This document shows positions 38,011-48,744 of a stretch of DNA of 48,744 nt, in pieces. Position 1 is the first letter of the stretch; the number at the start of each line of letters is the position of its first letter. The DNA comes from Octopus bimaculoides. Lineage: Eukaryota. Under the pieces are notes generated by a model. That model searched no databases, was not told the DNA's origin, and saw only the letters and a program-made list of their open reading frames with translations. The stretch is from the NCBI RefSeq assembly GCF_001194135.2, contig NC_068994.1, forward strand, positions 38,968,242-39,016,985, written 5' to 3'. Made by a program: the position numbers and the translations under genes.

Positions 38011-38569
38011 GGTAAGCAAGACAGGTAAAAGAAACAGGAAAAGGTAAGATAAAAGAAAAGCTTCAATGACTAAATATGTACATGGGGAACATGGCTTTGT
38101 ACTAGGATTTGAGAAGCTAAAGTATGATAAAAGGATAAGTTATTAAAATTAGTGAATAGAAGACTAACTTAACATTTAAGCCTAGTACTGATCAACTACT
38201 AAACCCTGCATATTTTTAGCTTGTGTCTAGCAACAGAGAAAATGTCTTGGGATATTTAGTCAGGCCTTCTACATTCTGATTTGAATCATACTGTGATAAA
38301 CATTGACTTTCATCTTTCTGGGGTTGATAAATTGAGGTGCTAATTAAAAATTGGAACTGATTTTATTGACCATCTTTGTGTAAAACCTTAATAACAAGCC
38401 AAAGAGAGAAGCCAATCTGTAAGAAAGAGGAATAAAGTCTTCTCTCATATCACTATCTACTGTCATACCAAAAAAGCAAAAAAACAAAAAAAGAGTTTAT
38501 ATTGAATAAAACATTTAAAATAGAATAAAAATGTACAATGCAGAATAAAGATATATAAAAAAGAGGGAC

Positions 38570-38765
38570 GGTTATGAATGGAACAACTGTAATAAGATAT
38601 TTGTTTGATCAGGGCTGACCTAGGTGGAGGGAATATACAACAGAATTAAACTCAGCAAGTTTTATGCCTTAAAAAAAAAATCGATTGTAATCTTTGTAAA
38701 ATTTCAGTGTTTTATTGTCATTAATTGAAGTTCTACTCATATGTAAGTTAAAAATTTAAATTTAT
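38570..38765 (+). repeat. Copy 2 of the ~200-bp local direct repeat
   Basis: ggttatgaatggaacaactgtaa...ctactcatatgtaagttaaaaatt.aaatttat is shared with 35803-36005. Confidence 0.9.
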
Positions 38766-39854
38766 ATTGTTTTTTGGCTTATTTATTGAAAATACTTTGG
38801 ATTAAGAGGGATAAAGATTACAGTTGTATTTATTTAGATGTGATTGCTTCAATGATTGCTAAATTTACTTTCTAAAAATTTCCACTCTGTCACCATTTTG
38901 ATTTTGGGTTCAATTCCATTGCCTAGCAGCTCATGCAAGTACCTTCTACCATGGCCCCTAATTGATTAATGCCTTGTGCCTGAATTTGTGCTTGTGTGTG
39001 GTAGATGAAAACTGTGTGGAAACCCATCACACACACACAAACATACACACACATACATACACACACACGAGTGTGTGTGTGTGTCTGAGTGTGTGTGTGT
39101 GTGTGTGTGTTTATGTGTGTGTGGTTTTATGCTTGTATTTGTCACCTCCCCGCAACCACTTGGCAGCCAGTGTTTGTTTACATCCCAGTAATTTGACTGA
39201 CACAATAAATACAGACTTAGAAAATATTAAATACTGCATTCAATTTATTCAACTAAATACTTCAAAACATTGCCCTAACATGGCCACAGTCCAGTTATAA
39301 AAACAAGTAAATAATAAAAAAAATCTCAAGCTCACAACAAACTAAATGCTCTGCCTGGACATGAAATTGAACCCATGACTTTATAATCACGAACCAAATA
39401 TCCGAACCACTAGATCACATGCTTTACACAGACATCTATATTGGATACAATAATGTCTTGGTAAAAAATGATAAGATTTTCATTCTATTTCGCATAACAA
39501 GATGTGTCTGATGAATGAAATAAATCTATAAGAAATTACTCTGATGACAGAAATATATTAAAGTCGAATTACAAGATAAACTATTTCACTTAATCGAAGC
39601 TCATTGTAATCATGCAGAAATGATACAGGTCTATTTTAAAACCATGAAGTATTGATTTCATAATCTTTATCCATCAAGTAGTAGTTGTACTTATTTAGAA
39701 CAGGAATGAATTGAGAAGAAAGTCCAGGCTGACAAGAAAACCTCAAAGTGGTCGATCCATTTGCTAGAAATAGCAGCCAGGTCACCTTCTAGCAAAATTA
39801 TACTATCATAAAAAGGCATACATCGTATAATGTAGTCAAAGTTATTTTTATCAT

Positions 39855-40101
39855 TTATCTTTTGCTTGTTCCAGTCACTGGACTTCAGTTGGAGAACTGT
39901 CCTGAAGGATCTGGTCAAGCAAATTGACCACAGTACTTATTTAAGCTTAGTAATTATTCTATTGGTCTCTTTTGTCAAATTGCTAACACAGAGGGTATGA
40001 ACAAACCAACACCAGCTGTCAGGTGGCTGGGTGAAGGATAAAAACAAACTCCAAGATACACAAGAGTGTGCGCATACATACACACACAGGCATGCACGCA
40101 T

Positions 40102-40138
<37 letters not shown>

Positions 40139-40290
40139 ACACACAATGGGCTTCCACAAAGTTTCTGTCAATCAAATTCATTAACAAGATTTGTTGAACA
40201 TGGAGCTACATATAATAGAAGAGATGTGGTGCAGCAGGATTGAACCTGAAACCACATGACTGCAAAGTGAGCTTGTTAACCATACAGCCA
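39855..40290 (-). mobile_element. tRNA-derived SINE ('family A'), near full length with internal (TG)n
   Basis: Minus strand: GGCTGTATGGTTAACAAGCTCACTTTGCAGTC...GGTTCAATCCTGCTG head, a gaagccc-(TG)n junction, then a 3' domain (aaaagagaccaatagaata...gactggaacaagcaaaaga). Confidence 0.8.
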
Positions 40291-43200
40291 TGTCTATGCC
40301 TACTCTTAAAAAGAATATGACAATACAGTCATAACTGGAATACAGTCACAGTTCATGCTTGATCAGGGCTAATGTAGAATATAACAATGATATCCCGTCC
40401 AGTAGTCCTGTGCTGCAACAAGTCTGCATGAACAAAGAAACTGTTGTGTCGACACCCCCAAGCGAAGAAGTAGGATCTCCCAAGACATATAAATAGAGGT
40501 AGTCTGGCCGTGGTAGGTGCGTTGAGTAGCAGTCGAGTAGCAGTTGTGTAGTGGTTGAGTAGAGATCATCCGAAGGTGCTAGATAGCAGTAGCGTTGAGA
40601 CATAACAGAAACCAAGAAGAAAATCATCACATTATGCTTGATATAATGGCTAAACCTCCCACAGATGACTCTAAACTGAAATCTTAAAAAAAAAGGTTCT
40701 TGGTGTATACAATGACATTGTGGTCATGGCTAGAGGAACTTTTGACCATAGCTCTGACTTGAATAGGGTGAAAGATTTGGGACTAAAAAATAACAACAAT
40801 AACTAGGACATTTACAAATTTTGATAAAACAAACATCTGCTTCTTTTTCTACTTTATTGCTGTTTGAGAAATATTTCTATCTTCGAACATAACAATGGAT
40901 TTCCATTGCCTTGAATTGTTTTAAAGCTTCTAACAGGAGCAGAATAAAATACTTTATAATATATCACTTATTCACTATGGCTGGAGTGTCTTTTGATCAT
41001 AGCTCTTACTTTATTAGGGCAGATTGACTTGGGGCTAAACAGCAAGAATAACTACAACAAGAATAACTTGGACATTAACAAATTTAGATGAAACAAACAT
41101 CTGCTTCTTTTTCTGTTTGATTGCTGTTTGAGAAAGATTTCCATGTTCAAACTAAATTCTTCCTCGATTATTTTATCTGCAATTTGTACTACCTTTACAT
41201 GATGGTAAAGGAACTGGATAATATGATGAAATTAAGTCCATAATTGATTGGTAAATAATATTTCAGTGAACAAAATCATCATCATTGTCCTCATCACCAT
41301 CATCATTGTCCTCATCACCATCATCATTAAGATTTCTGTCAATGATGCCACCACCATTATTCAGCTTCACCACATTTTTGGTCTCCTTCTCCCCAATATT
41401 TCATCAATTTAATACCTGTTTTTTGTTTGTTTTCTTTTGTGTATTTTTTTTCTTTTTATATCGTACTGGCATGGGTTGGATAGGTCTTCATATTGGCATA
41501 TTGCCATTGCTTCTAATCCTGCATAATTTTGTCTGTGAGACTCCAACATCTGGGAAACCAGACTTCAGCAATTTTCTTTGTGTTCCTTGGTCATATGGTG
41601 GATATTGCTTATTATGTAGGCTAAATGTCTGTCTACATAATAGTATACAGAAAAATATCTGAACAAATGATATAAATATATATGTGTGTGTGGATTTAGT
41701 GAAGCTTGGCATTGCAGACATCTCAAACAGAGACAGAGAAAGAGTTGGAGAATAAGTATACAGAAAGAGATGATCATTGATTAATGGAATAAAATCCGGA
41801 AATCAAGGTGAATTTTCTTATTGTTTCTTCAGAATTACATAAGCGTGTGTGTCTATATTGTCTATATATATGTGAAAGTATGTGTATATGAGTGTGTGAG
41901 TATATAAGTGTGTGTGTGTGTGTGTGTATCTGTGTGTGTGAGTGTGTGTAGGTATGTCGATCGATGTTTATCAATGTTTATGTGTATATATGCTTGCATA
42001 CATGCTGATCTATGCCTGTGCTGTATAAATGCATATATCATCAATGATATTATTGACACAGGAATACATATACATTCCTACACATATACAGACTGATGGA
42101 CCCAGATACATACACAAACAACCCGATTCATATAATATAGCATTTTATTAAAATCATTTCAATTAATGTTATCTGTATATCATTTTATATTTTCGCAAAC
42201 TTCCAAGTATCTGAGAGTGCATTTTCTGACTTCATTCCAAAGATTATTGCTGATTAGAATTCTATTACTGATAATGTCAGGAACAATCAAAAGCAGCAGG
42301 ACTCTTCAGTTGATTACTGCAGTCTAATATTGGCAATGGCTCCAACAGATCCATAATCTACAATGCACATTGATGATTGTGACAGTGAGTTTGTTCAAAC
42401 AATTGCTACTGGTAGTTGTGGTGGTGGTATTGGTAATGGTAGTGTTGGTGATGGTGATAATAATGGTGATGGTGATGGTGGAATGGATGGTGTTGGTGAC
42501 GGTGATGGCAAAGATGATGTCAGTGACAACATTAGCATTCAGACAATATAAGATTAAATTACAATTGAATAAGGTAGGGAATGTATATAGTAAATACAAA
42601 CATTTGGAAGAGTTTCAATAGATATATAAAAATATCTAAATCAATAAAGATTATTACCNNNNNNNNNNNNNNNNNNNNNNNNNNNNNNNNNNNNNNNNNN
42701 NNNNNNNNNNNNNNNNNNNNNNNNNNNNNNNNNNNNNNNNNNNNNNNNNNNNNNNNNNNNNNNNNNNNNNNNNNNNNNNNNNNNNNNNNAATTAATTAAT
42801 AGGAAAAATGCTTTTGAAAGATATCTCGTCTCTTTCTATTTCTTTGTTTTCAATTTTTGCCATGTCCTAAGAAACTTGGCCAGATTAAAACAAAAAATGT
42901 TTTTAAAAGATAAACTATAAAAACAAAATATTATGAAGAGAGTGAAAATTCAAAGTTAATCAGTCTGCCACAGCAGTTATGATAGGAAGTTAATGGCAAC
43001 AAAGATAGATTAAAGCAAAACTAAATGAACCATGCATGGCTTCATGTTGTGGAAAGGTCAGCACAGGAGGATGCAAGATAATATGATACAACAGCCATAA
43101 CTAGTCTACCTTGAAGCAATGGTCAAACTCATCAGCTGCATTTATACATTGCACTGTTGTTGATGTTCTGGTTGTATTTGTTCTCATTTGAAGTTAGTGC

Positions 43201-43995
43201 AGCTATATGTCAAGATGGATTAACTTAGAAACGTAACAATGGATTCCCATTTTCTTGGATGGTTGTAAACCTTTCTGTTAGGAGCAGAATAAAATACTTT
43301 ATAATATATCACTCTTACAAGTTGTACATCTAACAAGCTACAGCTCTTATATCTGTCTTTCCCTCTGTCCATACAGCTATTTATCTCTCTGTCCCTGTGT
43401 ACATATACATACATACATACATATATATATATATTCCATATATACACACATACATATCTATACATATATACATGCATATATACACACACGTATACATATG
43501 TATACATACACACATAAACACATGCACACATTCACGCATACACACACACATGCACAATACACTATCACACACACATATACAGTGAGCTACCTACTAGTGT
43601 ATTTATGTATTTATCCTGCTTCTCATTCACTCTCCACCTAATTCTCTTTCTTGCTATTATTTCTTCCTATGTTTCTATATTTACATACTTTCTCTTTCTC
43701 CACCTGTATGTCCCATTCTCATTTCTTCCCCCCCCCCCCCCNNNNNNNNNNNNNNNACCACCTTTCTCTGCCTTACCTTTCACCCTTCCACTCTTTCTTC
43801 TGTCTTTTTCTAAATATATTAATCTCTTTCTCTCTTTCTTTTCCTCACATTCTCTCTCTGACCATCCATTCCCTGTCATGCTCTCTTCATCATACGCTTT
43901 CTATTATTCTCTCTCAATCTTTACAATACACATACACACTCACACACTTACATATATATACATATATACACACATACATGTCTTGTGATATATAC

Positions 43996-44043
<48 letters not shown>

Positions 44044-44869
44044 AGATATAGTTTATCCATCAATCTTTCGCTCCATTCATCCATCTCTCTATCTCCATTT
44101 CCTTAACACAGTTACATGAATGGATGTCTGGAAAATAATGATCTTATTTTGTCTGTTGTTTGCTTCTCAGTGCACTAAAAAGATATCATCAGCTATATTT
44201 AGCAGGCTATCAGTCATAACAAATATTCTATCAAATATATATGTGTGTGTGTATGTGTGTGTGTGTGTGTGTAAATGTGTATGTATGTATTTATGTATAC
44301 CTGCTTGTGTGTGTGTATGTGCATGCACATACACACACGACAGCTCAACATGTGATTAACTAACACTACCAGTACAGTGCATGATGGATTTAACTAATAT
44401 AAACACCAGTATCCCTGCTGATTTTGGCTCTATACAAATTTACAAAAATATTTACATTACATGATAAATAATTCCCTTGGACAGCAAAAAACTTAAGTTA
44501 GTAAAATAAAAACACAACAGCAAAAACAAAGCAAAAAGCATTTAAGCAAGTCACAAGTTATTATTTGTTTGTTTGTCATTTTTTTTTTTTTTTTACTTTC
44601 TTTGTGATGAAATATAGAGTTTTTGCTATAACTAATAATCTACAGGCATATTTAGATGAATTTTTCACTATTTTACATGAAAATAATTCTTTTATTATCC
44701 ATTTTATTTCCAGAAAGATAGGTTAAGCAAAAATAAAAGAAAAGTAACAAAAAGTAAAACAAAAACAAATGGACACAATAAAAGAGCCAGTATAGTAAAT
44801 ATACATATAGAAATGTGTGTGTCTGTGTGTATATATATATATTTTAGAGAGACTTAGAAATATTAATAA

Positions 44870-44906
<37 letters not shown>

Positions 44907-44943
44907 CACACCCCATAAACATATATAAATATATAAATATATA

Positions 44944-45674
44944 NNNNNNNNNNNNNNNNNNNNNNNNNNNNNNNNNNNNNNNNNNNNNNNNNNNNNNNNN
45001 NNNNNNNNNNNNNNNNNNNNNNNNNNNNNNNNNNNNNNNNNNNNNNNNNNNNNNNNNNNNNNNNNNNNNNNNNNNNNNNNNNNNNNNNNNNNNNNNNNNN
45101 NNNNNNNNNNNNNNNNNNNNNNNNNNNNNNNNNNNNNNNNNNNNNNNNNNNNNNNNNNNNNNNNNNNNNNNNNNNNNNNNNNNNNNNNNNNNNNNNNNNN
45201 NNNNNNNNNNNNNNNNNNNNNNNNNNNNNNNNNNNNNNNNNNNNNNNNNNNNNNNNNNNNNNNNNNNNNNNNNNNNNNNNNNNNNNNNNNNNNNNNNNNN
45301 NNNNNNNNNNNNNNNNNNNNNNNNNNNNNNNNNNNNNNNNNNNNNNNNNNNNNNNNNNNNNNNNNNNNNNNNNNNNNNNNNNNNNNNNNNNNNNNNNNNN
45401 NNNNNNNNNNNNNNNNNNNNNNNNNNNNNNNNNNNNNNNNNNNNNNNNNNNNNNNNNNNNNNNNNNNNNNNNNNNNNNNNNNNNNNNNNNNNNNNNNNNN
45501 NNNNNNNNNNNNNNNNNNNNNNNNNNNNNNNNNNNNNNNNNNNNNNNNNNNNNNNNNNNNNNNNNNNNNNNNNNNNNNNNNNNNNNNNNNNNNNNNNNNN
45601 NNNNNNNNNNNNNNNNNNNNNNNNNNNNNNNNNNNNNNNNNNNNNNNNNNNNNNNNNNNNNNNNNNNNNNNNNN
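44944..45674. other. Assembly gap (largest; others at ~5704-5758, ~25273-25283, 42659-42789 and ~43742-43756)
   Basis: Runs of N; several are flanked by (TA)n arrays. Confidence 0.99.
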
Positions 45675-45717
<43 letters not shown>

Positions 45718-46475
45718 GTATATATGCATGTATGTATGTATACATACACATATACACATATTTATATATGTATGTATGTATACATACACATATACACATA
45801 TTTATATTTGAAACACACATAGACACATACACATATGCACATGCATGCACATGCACACACACACACTCAGAATATACTTAATATATAGACAGAAACAACT
45901 GTTACTTACCAAATAAAAAAAAGGACTGTTAGATTCTCTGTCTGGTGTGTATCCGTCTCTAGAGTCGAATGGTTACTGCTGATGTTATGTTATGGAAGCA
46001 GCTTGGACAGTACTGTGGTGTGAACATGAAAAAGTGATCTGCCAACCCATTTAGTATGATGTGTATGTAATAACTACTGTAGCCACCAGTAAACTCTGGT
46101 TTTTAGTACTTAAGAAGATTAAGCTACAAGTTGAATCAGTTAAAATCCTATAAATACATATTTGCTTTTGAAAACTCATGCATTGTCTTACAATTTTCTT
46201 CCCTTTGTTTTATCTGAGTACTTTCAATGCAATATTATTGTCTATTTGAAATAGGGAACAGGTGGTTGTCATTAATAAACTATTTTATAGATAATTTTTA
46301 AATGTATATTTCTGTTATTAGTCTCTCTCATTCTCTCTCTCTCTTTCCCATATTTCTCTCACATCAGCTGCTTTCTCTCTCTGTCCCTCCCTCTCTGTCT
46401 GTCTGTTTTTCTGTCTGACTGACTATCTTTCTCTCTTTATCATCCTTTCTCTCACTCTCTCTCTCTCTCTCATTC

Positions 46476-46549
<74 letters not shown>

Positions 46550-46679
46550 TATATGTCAATACTTATTTAGTCTGTGATTTTTATTTACCTTGCTCCTTAT
46601 CTTTCCTTTCTCTTTTACATCACCATCATTGTCATCATCATCATCATTATCATCACCATCAACAACAATAACAGAACGA

Positions 46680-46890
46680 TTGATTGTCAGAATTGATAGG
46701 GCATGAGAAAAGAATGTCTTGTGGAATTGTTCAGGTTCTTTATCTTCTGAGTTCAAATCCTGCCAGGGTCGACTTACTTTTTGTCACCATGGGTACAGTA
46801 AAATAAATTACCAGTTTATTACAATGGCATCAATGATTGTCAACTAATCTCCTCCACTTAAAATTGCTGGCCTTGTGCCTAAATTAAAAG
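46680..46890 (+). mobile_element. SINE family B copy
   Basis: ttctgagttcaaatcctgccagggtcgac...taaaataaattaccag...gctggccttgtgcctaaatt. Confidence 0.75.
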
Positions 46891-48553
46891 CCATCGTCAT
46901 AATCGTTGTTGTCAATGTTGTTGTGTGTTTTTGTTGTTGTTGTTATTATTATTATTATACAAAGTGATATTAAAATTTCTGGAATGTTAAAATTTAATTT
47001 TAATTTATCAGTGTTCTCCTGAAAATTCTTAACTGTTACTTTCTTACATATTTATGACTGAAAATATTTTATTATTAACATTATTGAAGAATAATGTTAA
47101 GACTTATTGAACAAGTAAATGCAGAATTTTCAAATGACTTTCTTCTTGTGAATTAAACAATATTTTTTTAGAAAAACTATTATATTGAGAATGATATATT
47201 TTATTTGAAAGTATTTCTTCAGAATTCAATGAAAGAGGGTATGTTTTGAATTACTTTTCCAAATATTTTTCCTCTGCGCTTGCAATACACTGAATTTAAA
47301 GCAAAAGATTGGTTAACTTAAAGTAATCTTTCATGTAAACATGAGATGTATTTTGAATACGTTGCTGCTTTTTGTTTGTAATCAGGAAGTATTTAAAATA
47401 TTCAAAAGAGAACATGGAATAAAATCTATTTATTTGATGAATATATTTTAAAATCTGAATAGTATATATTGATTTCAGATTATATAGACTATAAGTCTGA
47501 TTTTGTGCATTTTAAATGTCTATAGAGTCTTTCTCAGGCAACTTTCCATATCATTTGAATTTTAGCTTATCAATGAATTGCATATGGCAAATAGTTTAGT
47601 CTTAATTTGACTTTTTAAATATATTTTAATTAGCTGAGTTCCTTCTGTTTTTTTTTTTAGCATTACTCATTGCTAAATTGTTTTCACTGGATCCTCAAAA
47701 ACATTAATGCATCTGTTAAAAAAACTTTTATCTGGATCATTTTCTAAAATTATTTATTGTGAATAGCATTCACATGGATTGAATTTGATAGATCACTACT
47801 AAAGTAGCTTCAAAGAGACGGTGTTCTGAAATTATTCCAAAATTTGAATTTAACCCTTACCACAGATGAAATTTTTGCCAGTGATGTGACATGCTAATCA
47901 TATACAAATCAGTTCCTGCAGCCTCTTTGTATTGGCCAGTAAAAATAAAATGTGTGTCCTATATCATATGAAATGTGGAGAATTCTGGAAAGTGCCCCAC
48001 TATCAAAACAAGTAAACTCACATTCCTGTGTCTCAAATGCACATGCACAGAACCAAGTATATCTGATTACCATGCAGTAAATATTAATATATAGTTGGTT
48101 ATTTCTCAGAGATATTAGGATTAAGAGCAGTTATTTAAAGCTGAAAAAATTATAATTTCACTGCAATAAATAAATAATTAAATAATAATGTCTAGTTACT
48201 TTCTTCAAAATGCTTAAATGATAAGTAGTTTAAAAAAAGATGTGATTGTTATAAAGTAAGACTCTATATAAAATTTTCTTAATAATTTAATTGAATTATG
48301 TAATTTAGCAATAACTGAACATTTGCAGAATTCTTTGATTGTAGTCAATGTTCCATGTATTAACAACAGACAATTCTATTAATGCTCACTTTAGCATAAC
48401 CGAGGATCCTATCTGGTTTCATGTGTTAAATTCTAGATTTCTAAATTAAAATTGCTATGACATTATGCTTATTCCATGATCAAGTCTGTATTTAAGGAAA
48501 TTGCTTCTTAAATATTCAAGGTGATACATTTTTTGCATAAAATAAACTGTTCC

Positions 48554-48701
48554 AGCTATGGCTAAGTGGTTAAGAAGTTTGCTTTGCAACCATGTCATTT
48601 TGATTTCAGTCCTACTGCATGGCACCTTGGGCAAGTGCTTTTTATCATAGCTACAGACCTTATAAGTGAATTTGACTAACAGAAACTCCATGGAAGCCTA
48701 T

Positions 48702-48710
<9 letters not shown>
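48554..48710 (+). mobile_element. SINE family A, 5' part
   Basis: GGCTAAGTGGTTAAGAAGTTTGCTTTGCAACC...CACCTTGGGCAAGTG...GAAGCC, then (TG)/(TA)n. Confidence 0.85.

Positions 48711-48744
<34 letters not shown>

Noticed and set aside
44723-45862. 379-aa and 301-aa ORFs
   Set aside because: Artefacts of reading through an N gap flanked by (TA)n.
47172-47238. Possible plus-strand exon (ttttttag|KNYYIENDIFYLKVFLQNSMKE|gtatgt)
   Set aside because: No recognisable protein similarity and no consistent neighbouring exons; such signals arise by chance in AT-rich DNA.
48554-48625. tRNA gene-like sequences (also ~35280-35343, 39340-39425, 40230-40290)
   Set aside because: The A/B-box heads continue into SINE bodies and no complete cloverleaf is visible.

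Overview
Eukaryotic, AT-rich DNA packed with microsatellites and transposon relics, very likely coleoid cephalopod (octopus). The inference rests on the protocadherin features and the SINE families; no search was run. There is one convincing protein-coding gene: a minus-strand protocadherin whose signal peptide, six cadherin repeats, transmembrane helix and proximal tail lie in one large exon (acceptor 31904/31903, ATG 31813, CAG|GTAAGA donor 29435/29434). The last 57 aa of the 850-aa ORF are therefore probably intron read-through, and the true C-terminal exon(s) are unidentified. The rest is repeats: several tRNA-derived SINE families, four Tc1/mariner relics, a Penelope-like RT with decayed hammerhead-ribozyme motifs, a Dong/R4-like LINE end inside an (AAT)n tract, MITE-like hairpins, local duplications, simple repeats and five assembly gaps. 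Highlights are an apparently calcium-free EC3-EC4 linker, the hammerhead relics, a fold-back inversion at a SINE motif that also forms a hairpin in a second copy, and a ~200-bp local duplication sitting inside a GGT/GGC microsatellite. I found no clear new biological system. Repeat boundaries were read by eye and are approximate.
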